A DNA stretch of 48,302 nt from the IMG/VR virus record IMGVR_UViG_3300045988_153358, one strand, 5' to 3'. Every line of letters begins with the position of its first letter. Positions within the stretch are counted from its first letter, which is position 1. The notes under the pieces were generated by a model. It was given only the letters and a program-made list of their open reading frames with translations. It had not been told where the DNA came from and did not search any database. The stretch is from a virus (taxonomy: Duplodnaviria; Heunggongvirae; Uroviricota; Caudoviricetes). Position numbers and translations under genes: made by a program. Of the stretch, positions 18,125 to 27,694 are shown one piece after another.

Positions 18125-19587
18125 TGGGATATCGCCACGGTATTTATATATCTGAGCTGGCTACATCTATAACTCCTCCAGTACAAGTTAGTGCTGGGTT
18201 GATTGTCGCATTTGGTACAACTCCTGTTAATCAGTTAGAAGATCCAGCCTCAGCGGTAAATAAACCTATCATTGCTTATACATACGCAGAGGCCGTATCT
18301 AAAATAGGATATAGCACAAACTTCGAGAAATATACTTTAAGCGAAGTAATTAAAGTCGCATTTGGAATATATGGTGTTGCGCCAGTTGTATTTATCAATG
18401 TGCTTGATCCAGCAAAGCATAAGAAAGACGTAACTGATGAGGTAGTAAAACTTTCTGGCGGGAAAGGTACGCTCTCTAACGATGGTGTCTTATATAAATC
18501 TGTTGTTGTGAAAAAAGCAGATGGTGATTCTCCAGGGTTAACGGTTGATACAGATTATGTACTGGCGCTGGATGATAATGGCTATACGGTCATTACCGCT
18601 ATTAGCGGAGGAAAAATTACTGAAAAAGACGCCACTCTTAAGGTTAGTTATACGCATCTTGATCCCGGGGCTGTAACTAAAAACGATATTATTGGTGGTG
18701 TGGATTCCAACACTAAAGCGAATACGGGGCTTGAGTTACTGTCGGATGTTTATCCCCGCTTCAAACTAGTTCCAGGACAAGTGATTGCGCCTGGATTTAG
18801 TTCTGATAGTGAAGTTGGCCAGCTAATGGCGGCTAAAGCTGCGCTGATTAGTGAATTGTTCAAAGCAGAAGCTATCACCGATGCGCCGACTGATAAATCT
18901 ACTATCAGTGATTATTCTGCTGTTCCTGAATGGAAGCAGAACAATAATCATATGGCAGCTAACCAGACAGTGTGCTGGCCGATGGTGAAACTTGGTGACA
19001 ATATTTACCATCACTCAACCCATTTAGCGGCAGCAACATGCTTGCTGGATAGTCAGTATGGTGATATTCCATCACGTTCTCCGTCAAATATAAAACTACA
19101 GATGGACGGTGCTGTACGTAAAGATGGCAGTGAGGTATGGCTTAACATTAGCCAGGCAAACTACTTAAATGGACAGGGGATTGTAACAAGCCTTAATTTT
19201 GATGGTTGGAAATCATGGGGAAACCGTAATGCTATTTATCCAACATCTACAGACCCCAAAGACGCATTTCGTGTTTGCCGACGTATGTTTAACTGGGTGG
19301 GTAATACGTTAATTCTTTCGCATTGGTCAAAAATAGACAATCCTGCAAACCGTCGATTAATTGAATCGATTGTTACTAGTGCGAATATTTGGCTTAACGG
19401 CCTCACTGGTAATCAGGATATTGCAGGTGGTGTTGTTACCTTTGATCAGTCTGAAAACACGATTACGTCATTGATGGACGGGATTGTTAAATTCCATGTG
19501 AAAATGACACCATTCTCACCTGCCAGAGATATAGAGTTCGTCATGGAATATAATCCTGATTATCTGCTGAACTTGTTTTCTGAATAA
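18124..19587 (+). CDS. contractile tail sheath protein
   Basis: 487 aa; N-terminal HGIYISE pattern like P2 FI/Mu L sheaths; followed by tube gene. Confidence 0.8.
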   Translation: MGYRHGIYISELATSITPPVQVSAGLIVAFGTTPVNQLEDPASAVNKPIIAYTYAEAVSKIGYSTNFEKYTLSEVIKVAFGIYGVAPVVFINVLDPAKHKKDVTDEVVKLSGGKGTLSNDGVLYKSVVVKKADGDSPGLTVDTDYVLALDDNGYTVITAISGGKITEKDATLKVSYTHLDPGAVTKNDIIGGVDSNTKANTGLELLSDVYPRFKLVPGQVIAPGFSSDSEVGQLMAAKAALISELFKAEAITDAPTDKSTISDYSAVPEWKQNNNHMAANQTVCWPMVKLGDNIYHHSTHLAAATCLLDSQYGDIPSRSPSNIKLQMDGAVRKDGSEVWLNISQANYLNGQGIVTSLNFDGWKSWGNRNAIYPTSTDPKDAFRVCRRMFNWVGNTLILSHWSKIDNPANRRLIESIVTSANIWLNGLTGNQDIAGGVVTFDQSENTITSLMDGIVKFHVKMTPFSPARDIEFVMEYNPDYLLNLFSE

Positions 19588-19603
19588 ATAATAGGAGGTT
19601 GCT

Positions 19604-20125
19604 TTGAGCAATCAAATTCCTGAGAGACTTATTAACTTTACAGTATACGGTGAAGGAAACCGTATTATCGGTGTTGCTGACGCAAAGCTGCCATCAATTG
19701 AGATGATGACAGAAACTGTTAGTGGTGCAGGTATTGCTGGAGAGCTTGAGAGCGGAACGCTGGGGCATTTCAAACCAATGACCGTCTCTCTTAAATGGCG
19801 AACCCTAACCTCTGCTGGTACAAAATTATTTTTATCCTCATCGCATCAGGTAGATTTTCGTGGTAGCCAGCAGGTTTATGATGCCGGAACAGGAAAATAT
19901 AAAACGGTTCCCATTCGGGCTTCAATGAAGCTAAACCCTAAAAAACTGGATTTAGGTTCGCTACAGGTGGCAAAGGCTACTGATTCAGAGAATGAATTTG
20001 AAGTTCTCTATATCAAATTATTTATTGAGGGAAAAGAAGTCCTGGAAATTGATAAATTGAACTTTATTTGTATCTTCGATGGTGAAGATATATTAAAAAG
20101 CGTTCGTGATGATTTAGGTTTATAA
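19604..20125 (+). CDS. tail tube protein (P2 FII-like), TTG start
   Basis: 173 aa; C-terminal VLEIDKLNFI pattern like FII; AGGAGG upstream. Confidence 0.8.
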   Translation: MSNQIPERLINFTVYGEGNRIIGVADAKLPSIEMMTETVSGAGIAGELESGTLGHFKPMTVSLKWRTLTSAGTKLFLSSSHQVDFRGSQQVYDAGTGKYKTVPIRASMKLNPKKLDLGSLQVAKATDSENEFEVLYIKLFIEGKEVLEIDKLNFICIFDGEDILKSVRDDLGL

Positions 20126-20134
20126 GGTGACAAA

Positions 20135-20416
20135 ATGGAAACCGTTAAATTAAGTAAAGAGTATCGTTTTGAAGACTTCGAGCCGGTGACTGAACTCAAC
20201 CTTGATTTAGACAACCTAAAAGGCAGCGATATTTTAGAAGTATCGGACTTACTGCAATCTCAAGGGCATGTTACAGTTCAAACATCACTTGATCATAAAG
20301 TCCACGTTGCTCTGGCTGCTCGCTGTATTGGCCGTCCGATAGAGTATCTGAATGGATTGCCAGCGAAAGACTTTGTTAAAGTTTGCCAAAAGGTACAGAA
20401 TTTTTTGCTCTCGTAG
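20135..20416 (+). CDS. tail assembly chaperone (P2 gpE-like), zero-frame product
   Basis: 93 aa between tube and tape measure; slippery heptamer T_TTT_TTG at 20401-20407. Confidence 0.7.
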   Translation: METVKLSKEYRFEDFEPVTELNLDLDNLKGSDILEVSDLLQSQGHVTVQTSLDHKVHVALAARCIGRPIEYLNGLPAKDFVKVCQKVQNFLLS

Positions 20417-20565
20417 GTTTTGATGAGCAAAAACCTATTGATAAGCAAATAATGAGGGCCGCGAGTTCTCTATCTCAATCATCTCAATCAACACCTATAT
20501 CCTACTGGCTTTCTCTTCGGTTGAGGCGAATTGTCGCATGGATTGATGTGTTTAATGAGGATTAA
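20135..20565 (+). CDS. tail assembly chaperone extended product made by programmed -1 frameshift at 20401-20407
   Basis: canonical X_XXY_YYZ slippery site; -1 frame stays open to 20565, just before the tape measure gene. Confidence 0.6.
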
Positions 20566-20570
20566 TACTA

Positions 20571-23363
20571 ATGGCCAGCAATAAGAACTTTAAGCTGGCT
20601 TTTGAAATTGGCGGCAAAGTTGCCGCCTCTCTCCCCAAAAGTTTTACTACAGCTAATCAGGCTGTTGCTAAATTAAATGCCGAGCTTGCTGGATTAACGA
20701 AAGAACATGGGGAAATTCAAAAGCTACAATCTGTAAAAGTAAAGGTTGGACAGACTGCCCTCGAATATCATAAAGCTGCCGCTCGCGTTGAAGAGTTACA
20801 GAAGCAAATAAAAAACACGGCCAATCCAACCAGAGCGATGCTTCGTGACTTTGAGAAGGCAAAAACACATTCATCGAATTTACGAGCATCACTACGTTCT
20901 CAGCGTGAAGAACTGGCCGCTTTAAAGTCTGCCTATCAGGGAGCTGATACATCTGCCAGAGCTTTGGCTTCAAGAGAGAAAGAGCTTAAAGCCAGCATTG
21001 ATCGTAATCGTGAGGCTCAGGCCCGTAGCGTTGAGCAGGTTAACCGCTACAGAACGGCTTTGGCTTTAGCCAGAGCAAATGTTCAGCAAGTGAAAAAACA
21101 GCAGGAGGAACTTAACCGGGCATTAGAAAAACAACGTATTGATAAAATTAACAGCTATAAAAATGCGTTGGCTGAAGCACGGAAAAATGTTCTTGCAGTA
21201 AAACGTGCTCAGGAGGAGTTAAACCGCGCGTTGGAAAGGCAGCGTGAATTGAAGCGAGAGCATCTTGGTGAGGCAAAGAGTCAACTTGTAAGGTCAGGAT
21301 TACAAACTGGTGCTGTAGCTGCTGGTGCATTTGCTGCTGCTAACAATGCAGCAAATTTTAATCGTGAAAACAAAATGATTGGTCTTACGGCAGATATGAA
21401 GCCGGAAGAAGTTCAGGCGATGGGGCAGGCGATGCTTGTTACCGGAACGGCTACCAACCAGTTTGCATCTGATATTCAGGCCGCTCAGGGTTTTCTCGTC
21501 GCTGCTGGGCAGGATTATAAAGAGGCTCAGGCGAATCTACTAACTATTGGGCGAACAGCTACAGCTACTGGCTCTGATATCCTCGATGTCTCGAAAGCAT
21601 CATTTACATTAAGTGACTCATTGAAGATTGATCCATCTCAAATGAAGTCTGCAATGGGGATTCTGGTTCAGGCAGGGAAAGAGGGAAACTTTGAATTTAA
21701 AGATATGGCCAAAAATCTTCCTGTGCTTGGTGCCCAGTTCCAGGCATTAAAAATGGGAGGTAAAGAAGCCGCCGCGACGATGGGGGCAGCTTTGCAGATA
21801 GCTCGCAAAGGTGCTGCAACTTCGGATGAGGCTGCTAATAATATGAACAACTTTTTGGCGAAAATACTTTCCCCTGAAACACTAAAAAAAGCAAAGAAAA
21901 ATTTCGGTGTAGATTTATATAAAATTGTCACAACAGCGCAGAAAAAAGGGAAGAATCCATTCGAAGCTGCAATGCATTCTGTCATGAAAATGACTAAGAA
22001 CGGAGATCAGAAGTTACTTGGTGAGCTATTTGGCGATATGCAGGTTCAGAACTTTGTTCGTCCGATGATTCAAAACTGGAAGGAATACCAGAGAATCAAA
22101 GCAACATCTATTGGTGCTGGAAGTGCTGTTATTGACCGCGATTTTGCCAACATAACGAAAGACAATGCGGAGCGATTGAAACAATTACGTATTCAGGCTA
22201 GCAATGCATCATTAAGTTTTGGTCAGGCCTTGCAACCTGCTTTGAATGCCGCGCTTAGTGTTTTGGTTCCGCTGATTACAAAAATTAGTGAATTTGTAGC
22301 TAACAACCCCAATTTTGTGTCTCAGATTGTGATGGCGGCAGGTGCGTTTCTAACCATGAAAAGTGTGGTTATAGCGTGTAGGGTAGCTATGCTGGCTTTA
22401 TCTGTAGCGACAAAGCTAACACCCTTCGGGTGGATTCAGATGGCTATATCTGCGCTGGTTGCCGCAGGAATATTGCTCTATCAGAACTGGGATAAGATCA
22501 GAGATTATGCTGTCAGAGTTTGGCCTTCTGTTAAGGAATATACAGTTAAATCGTTTGAAGCTATAAAAAACTTTATCTTAAACTTTGATCTCAATGGATG
22601 GATTATATCTATGTTTGGTAAAGCATGGGATTATCTTTCCAACATAAACTGGAGTTCGGCAGGAGTAAGAATTTACAGTACATTAATTAGTGCTTTTAAA
22701 TGGATGTCTCCGCTTCCGTTCTTAATTAAAGCATTTAAACTTACAACAAATTACCTTTCTGGCATTAACTGGAGCGAAACAGGAAAGAAAATCATAGATA
22801 CACTGGTATCTGTTTTTATGCGTTTTTCACCAGTTGGACTCTTTATAAGAGCATTCCAATCTGTAACGGCTTATTTGTCTGGAATAAACTGGAGTGAGTC
22901 AGGCGCAAAAATAATTGAGACGTTAATCACTGGGATAAAATCAAAAGCAAATGCTTTAATTAATGAAGTGAAAGGCGTTTTTTCTTCTGTACGTGAGTAT
23001 TTACCGTTCTCTGATGCGAAAAAAGGTCCATTCTCACAGCTAACAAAGTCAGGTAGTGCAATAATGACTACTCTGGCATCTGGTGTTAGCAGAAATAACA
23101 GCTTACAGAATGCAATCGCAACCCAGTTCGGGCAATCAAATTTATCACCTCACGGGATCTCTGCTGCCGGGAGTTCTGGACCTCGCCAGAACGTTAACGC
23201 AGTGACTGGTGGGATAACCTATTCGCCTGTAATCAATCTTCCGGCTGGCTCACCAAAGGAAACTGAGGCGGCAGCTAAAAGAGCATTAGATGCGGGATAT
23301 TCTGATTTTGAGAAGAAATTGAGTGCTCATATGTTCCAACAACGGAGATTAAGTTTTGGATGA
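20571..23363 (+). CDS. tail tape measure protein
   Basis: 930 aa, coiled-coil rich, tandem about 40-aa repeats, hydrophobic segment; position. Confidence 0.85.
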   Translation: MASNKNFKLAFEIGGKVAASLPKSFTTANQAVAKLNAELAGLTKEHGEIQKLQSVKVKVGQTALEYHKAAARVEELQKQIKNTANPTRAMLRDFEKAKTHSSNLRASLRSQREELAALKSAYQGADTSARALASREKELKASIDRNREAQARSVEQVNRYRTALALARANVQQVKKQQEELNRALEKQRIDKINSYKNALAEARKNVLAVKRAQEELNRALERQRELKREHLGEAKSQLVRSGLQTGAVAAGAFAAANNAANFNRENKMIGLTADMKPEEVQAMGQAMLVTGTATNQFASDIQAAQGFLVAAGQDYKEAQANLLTIGRTATATGSDILDVSKASFTLSDSLKIDPSQMKSAMGILVQAGKEGNFEFKDMAKNLPVLGAQFQALKMGGKEAAATMGAALQIARKGAATSDEAANNMNNFLAKILSPETLKKAKKNFGVDLYKIVTTAQKKGKNPFEAAMHSVMKMTKNGDQKLLGELFGDMQVQNFVRPMIQNWKEYQRIKATSIGAGSAVIDRDFANITKDNAERLKQLRIQASNASLSFGQALQPALNAALSVLVPLITKISEFVANNPNFVSQIVMAAGAFLTMKSVVIACRVAMLALSVATKLTPFGWIQMAISALVAAGILLYQNWDKIRDYAVRVWPSVKEYTVKSFEAIKNFILNFDLNGWIISMFGKAWDYLSNINWSSAGVRIYSTLISAFKWMSPLPFLIKAFKLTTNYLSGINWSETGKKIIDTLVSVFMRFSPVGLFIRAFQSVTAYLSGINWSESGAKIIETLITGIKSKANALINEVKGVFSSVREYLPFSDAKKGPFSQLTKSGSAIMTTLASGVSRNNSLQNAIATQFGQSNLSPHGISAAGSSGPRQNVNAVTGGITYSPVINLPAGSPKETEAAAKRALDAGYSDFEKKLSAHMFQQRRLSFG

Positions 23364-23574
23364 TTATAGAACGGTTCAAGGGGACTCATGGGATAGCATC
23401 GCGTTAAAGTTGTATGGTAATGAGTACCTGTCTTATCTTCTTATTGATGCTAATACTGAGCACCGCTTTACGGTGCTTTTTTCTGCGGGAATTATTCTTA
23501 AAGTTCCTGATGCTCCGGTTATGCCAATATCAGTAAACAATTTGCCTCCGTGGAGACGCAATAGTGTTACGTAA
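23356..23574 (+). CDS. tail protein X-like (LysM-like), TTG start
   Basis: 72 aa with VQGDSWDSIALKLYG LysM-like pattern as in P2 gpX; GGAG Shine-Dalgarno. Confidence 0.7.
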   Translation: MDDYRTVQGDSWDSIALKLYGNEYLSYLLIDANTEHRFTVLFSAGIILKVPDAPVMPISVNNLPPWRRNSVT

Positions 23575-24565
23575 AACGCTTTTTGATGTTATATATCAGA
23601 ATGTAAATATTACCGCTCATATGTCACCTGATGTTTTGTCAATGTCTTATACAGATAATGAAGATGGTCAGGTCGATGATATTTCTATTATATTAAAAAA
23701 TGATGATGGGAAATGGTCTGGAGACTGGACACCTAAAAAGTGTGATTTTATTGATTTGAGCTTTAAGCCTATAAATCAAATCGTCCTTGAGTGCGGGAAA
23801 TTCCAGGTGGATGGCATAACTTGCTCTGGACCACCTTCTGTTGTTGAGGTGACTGCTGTTTCTGTTCCTGTTTCATCAGGCATTAGACGTGATTTAAAAA
23901 GTAATGCATGGGAAAAAACAACTCTTAAAGATATAGCGACTTCTATAGCTAAATTAGCTAACCTTGAACTGTTGTTTCTTATTGATGGTGATAGTAATCC
24001 ATATTATGCGCGTGAAGATCAAATGGAGGAAAGCGATTTAAAATTTCTCCATCGACTTTGCCAGGATGAAGGGGTGTCGTTAAAGGTCACTGATAGCCAA
24101 TTAATAATATTTGCTCAAGAGATGTTTGAGCAAAAAGATCCTATCGCTACGCTTACGTTAGGTATTGATGAGATAATCAGATATAGCTTTAGCACACAAT
24201 CTACAGATTTGTATAAAAGTTGCACGTGCAAATATCGCGTACCTAAAAAAAGAAAATCGCTTTCGTATACTTGGGTAGATCCATCCGTAGAAGAAGGGGC
24301 GAATCTTAAGATAAGAAAACTGGTAGCTAATTTAGATGAAGCAAAACGTAAGGCAAAGGCTGCTTTGCGGCTTAAAAATAGATATCAAAATACCGGATCT
24401 TTAGTTTTGGTTGGAGACACCAGATTGGTAGCTGGTGTAACTATAAATCTGGACGGATTTGGTTCATTTTCTGGAAAATATCTTATATCGAAAGCTGTGC
24501 ATTCAATTGGGGCTAGTGGTTATACCACCTCGATTGATGTCCGAAGAGTAATTAATGGGTATTAA
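23564..24565 (+). CDS. tail protein D-like (P2 gpD / Mu gpP family)
   Basis: 333 aa; position and pattern. Confidence 0.65.
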   Translation: MLRKTLFDVIYQNVNITAHMSPDVLSMSYTDNEDGQVDDISIILKNDDGKWSGDWTPKKCDFIDLSFKPINQIVLECGKFQVDGITCSGPPSVVEVTAVSVPVSSGIRRDLKSNAWEKTTLKDIATSIAKLANLELLFLIDGDSNPYYAREDQMEESDLKFLHRLCQDEGVSLKVTDSQLIIFAQEMFEQKDPIATLTLGIDEIIRYSFSTQSTDLYKSCTCKYRVPKKRKSLSYTWVDPSVEEGANLKIRKLVANLDEAKRKAKAALRLKNRYQNTGSLVLVGDTRLVAGVTINLDGFGSFSGKYLISKAVHSIGASGYTTSIDVRRVINGY

Positions 24566-24567
24566 TT

Positions 24568-25188
24568 ATGAATGATTTAGAAACATTATTACGTCAGACT
24601 ATAAGAGTTGGCGTTGTTTCTGATATTGATGATGGTGATGTTACAGCAAGAGTTACTTTCGATGATCAGGATAACGTCACTTCGGCAAAGTTATCAGTTA
24701 TTGTGAAAAATACAGATAAGAATGCTGATTACTGGATGCCAGATATTGGTGAGCAAGTTTTGTGTATCTTTCATCCCGCAGGGCCGCAACAAGGTTTTAT
24801 TCTTGGTAGTTTTTATGATGAAACACAGAAGCCGCCATCTAATACTGTTAATAAACGCGTAATTAGATTTAATAACGGAACTCGTATTGAGATAGACAGA
24901 GAATCTAATTTACTCCTTGTTGATGCTGTCGGAGATGTAACCGTTAAGGCTACAGGAACCGTAACTATTGATGCTCCAGAAACCATCATTACCGGAAATG
25001 CTACAGTTGAAGGATTACTAACCTTCAAAGGTGGAATGAAAGGATCTTCTGCTGGAGGTGTTGCAGCTACAATTTCTGGGAATGTTAAGGTTGTTGGTGG
25101 TGATATAGATGTTGATGGGATTAAATCTAAAGGCCACCATCACACAGCTCAGGGGGAATACGCTCCGACAACGGAGGCTCAGGCATGA
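24568..25188 (+). CDS. baseplate assembly/spike protein V-like
   Basis: 206 aa; IGEQVLCIF and C-terminal GHHHT pattern like P2 gpV. Confidence 0.75.
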   Translation: MNDLETLLRQTIRVGVVSDIDDGDVTARVTFDDQDNVTSAKLSVIVKNTDKNADYWMPDIGEQVLCIFHPAGPQQGFILGSFYDETQKPPSNTVNKRVIRFNNGTRIEIDRESNLLLVDAVGDVTVKATGTVTIDAPETIITGNATVEGLLTFKGGMKGSSAGGVAATISGNVKVVGGDIDVDGIKSKGHHHTAQGEYAPTTEAQA

Positions 25189-25652
25189 TTGTGGGTATGC
25201 TTGGTACAATGCCTTTTGTTGCCTCATCAATAGTAGTGAATACGTTCAACAATTTTAAAAGGACGTCAAAGCGTCGTGTAGCGCGCCATGATGTTATTGG
25301 GCTTAAACCTGTTCTGGAGGATATAGGTCCAGATCTGGATGAAGTTAGTTTTAATATGCGGTTGGATACAACACTTGGCATTGTTCCATTGGCTGCGCTT
25401 TCATTACTTAGGACGATGCAATCAATTCAGGAAGTAAATCCTGTTGTAATTGGTATTCAGTATTTTGGTAATTTTATAATTACAGATATAGAGGAATCAT
25501 GGACTTATTTCGGTCCAACTGGGAATCCGCGAGTGATTATCGTCGGCATTAAATTACAGGAAGTCGGACAGACCTCTCTGAAAGAAGCATTAGTTGATAT
25601 TGCTGGCAATATAGAGTCAAAAACTAGAAGTGCGTTAGGTAAATTATTATGA
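25185..25652 (+). CDS. tail or baseplate protein (tentatively P2 gpU-like)
   Basis: 155 aa; weak recalled resemblance only. Confidence 0.4.
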   Translation: MIVGMLGTMPFVASSIVVNTFNNFKRTSKRRVARHDVIGLKPVLEDIGPDLDEVSFNMRLDTTLGIVPLAALSLLRTMQSIQEVNPVVIGIQYFGNFIITDIEESWTYFGPTGNPRVIIVGIKLQEVGQTSLKEALVDIAGNIESKTRSALGKLL

Positions 25653-25969
25653 ATAATACGTTTACCATATTATCAACTTCTTACTCGATTGATTGGTCGC
25701 CCAAAACAGTTGTAGAAGAAGTTTTGCAAAATGTCTCTACTATTATTAACACTCAGATTGGCACTGTACCATATGCCAGAAAATTAGGAGTTAATTCAAG
25801 TCCTGTTGATAGCCCCAGTCCAATTTTTATTGCTACAGCAACACGAGAAATAATTCAAAAAATTAGTGAGTTTGAGCCTAGAGCGATTATCCATTCTGTT
25901 ACTTTTGAAAGAACGGACGTTTCTGATGGTTTTATTAGGCCAAAACTTGTGATAGGAGTTAGAGAATGA
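25649..25969 (+). CDS. baseplate protein W-like (gp25 family)
   Basis: 106 aa; position before J-like gene. Confidence 0.7.
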   Translation: MNNTFTILSTSYSIDWSPKTVVEEVLQNVSTIINTQIGTVPYARKLGVNSSPVDSPSPIFIATATREIIQKISEFEPRAIIHSVTFERTDVSDGFIRPKLVIGVRE

Positions 25970-27090
25970 CGTTGCCGCGTGGTGGTTTGCCAGATATTAC
26001 TTTCGCAGATTCTAACCCGACTGATATAACAACTCGTTCAATCAGGGCTTTTGAGAGTATAACAGGTGAAACATTAGCACCTGCTGATCCACGTAGATTA
26101 TTCATCTTATCATTGTGTGAGATTATTATACAGCAAAGAAAAGCTATCGATTTTTCTGCAAAACAAAACCTTCTTACATATGGTGAAGGTGAATATCTCG
26201 ACCATATAGGCTATCTGACGGATACGCCTAGGCTGGAAGCTCAATCTGCCTTGACTACATTTGAGTTTAATCTGTCAACAAAATTATCGGGGATATATAC
26301 AATACCTGCTGGCACTCAAGTTTCAACTGGAAATGGTGTTATTTTCCAAACAGATATTTTGTTGGAAATACCTGCTGGGAAAACAGTTGGTACAGTCTCA
26401 GGATATGCTGTTATACCTGGTTTATCTGGGAATGGCTTTTTACCAGGGCAAATAAATGAGTTGGTGACTCCGTTGCCGTATGTTTCCAGCGTAAGGAATG
26501 TAACAACATCTAATTCTGGTGCTGATACGGAGTCAGATGATAATTATGCTGAAAGAATAAAACTGTCGCCGGAAAAACTGTCTACAGCAGGGCCGGAGGA
26601 TTCTTATAAATATTGGACAAGAACAGCCAATCAGAATATAAAAGATGTGAATGTATATACACCATCGCCCGGAATTGTAGAAATCCGTTCTTTGTTAGAG
26701 AACGGAGATATACCTTCTAATGAACTATTAGAGCAGATAAATAGCGTTCTCTCTGCAACTAATATTCGACCATTCACAGATAAAGTTCTTGTTAAGAAAC
26801 CAGAGAGCATTGAATACGATATAATAATTAAATACTGGATTAACTCATCGGACAAAAACAGAACAACTTTAATTCAAAGTGAGGTTGAGAAAGCTATTGA
26901 TGAGTATAAACAATGGCAACGTTCGGTTATGGGAAGAGATATAAATCCAGATGAAATTATTCAACGTTTAAAAAATGCTGGGGCTAAAAGATTAGAAATA
27001 TCAAGTCCTGTTTTTACTGTGATTGGAGAGACACAGGTCGCCAGAGAGAGAAATATAAATTGCCAGTATGCGGGGTTAGAGGATGGCTGA
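25966..27090 (+). CDS. baseplate protein J-like
   Basis: 374 aa; position and pattern. Confidence 0.75.
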   Translation: MTLPRGGLPDITFADSNPTDITTRSIRAFESITGETLAPADPRRLFILSLCEIIIQQRKAIDFSAKQNLLTYGEGEYLDHIGYLTDTPRLEAQSALTTFEFNLSTKLSGIYTIPAGTQVSTGNGVIFQTDILLEIPAGKTVGTVSGYAVIPGLSGNGFLPGQINELVTPLPYVSSVRNVTTSNSGADTESDDNYAERIKLSPEKLSTAGPEDSYKYWTRTANQNIKDVNVYTPSPGIVEIRSLLENGDIPSNELLEQINSVLSATNIRPFTDKVLVKKPESIEYDIIIKYWINSSDKNRTTLIQSEVEKAIDEYKQWQRSVMGRDINPDEIIQRLKNAGAKRLEISSPVFTVIGETQVARERNINCQYAGLEDG

Positions 27091-27664
27091 TATCTTTAAT
27101 GTTAGCTTGTTGGATGTTTTACCTCCTAACTTAGCTAGCGATCCCAACGTGATAGCTATGTCGAAAGCTATTGATGATGAACTACAAGCAATTAACAATT
27201 TAATATATAAGACAGAAATATATAGCGTTGTTGATAACCTGGACTCAGTTGTTCTCGATCATTTAGCTTGGCAATGGAATGCTGATACATGGAGGGATAG
27301 TTGGCCTGTATTGTTAAAGCGTTCTGTTTTTAAATCAATAATACGAACAAAGCGAATAAAGGGTACAAGGGCAGCGGTTGAAGATGTAGTAAATAGCTTG
27401 GGTGGAGAGGTAAACATAACAGAATGGTTTGAAACATCACCACCTGGCGAACCATATACAGCCTCAATTGTTGCTTCGATTAACTCTTTTGATGGTGCTG
27501 TTCCTTCGAAAGAGATGTTGGAGGATACGTTAAGAAGTATCAAGAGTGCAAAGTCGGCAAGAACACTATTTACATTTTCGCAAGCAACCAATGTTTCAGG
27601 TGGTGTTGGTATTGTCGGTGCTTTCCAGCCTGTGTCTTATGTACGATTAATTGGTGAGTGCTAA
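27083..27664 (+). CDS. tail protein I-like
   Basis: 193 aa; position between J and tail fibre. Confidence 0.7.
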   Translation: MADIFNVSLLDVLPPNLASDPNVIAMSKAIDDELQAINNLIYKTEIYSVVDNLDSVVLDHLAWQWNADTWRDSWPVLLKRSVFKSIIRTKRIKGTRAAVEDVVNSLGGEVNITEWFETSPPGEPYTASIVASINSFDGAVPSKEMLEDTLRSIKSAKSARTLFTFSQATNVSGGVGIVGAFQPVSYVRLIGEC

Positions 27665-27694
27665 TTTGCGATTTGTTAATCCAAGGAATTAAGC

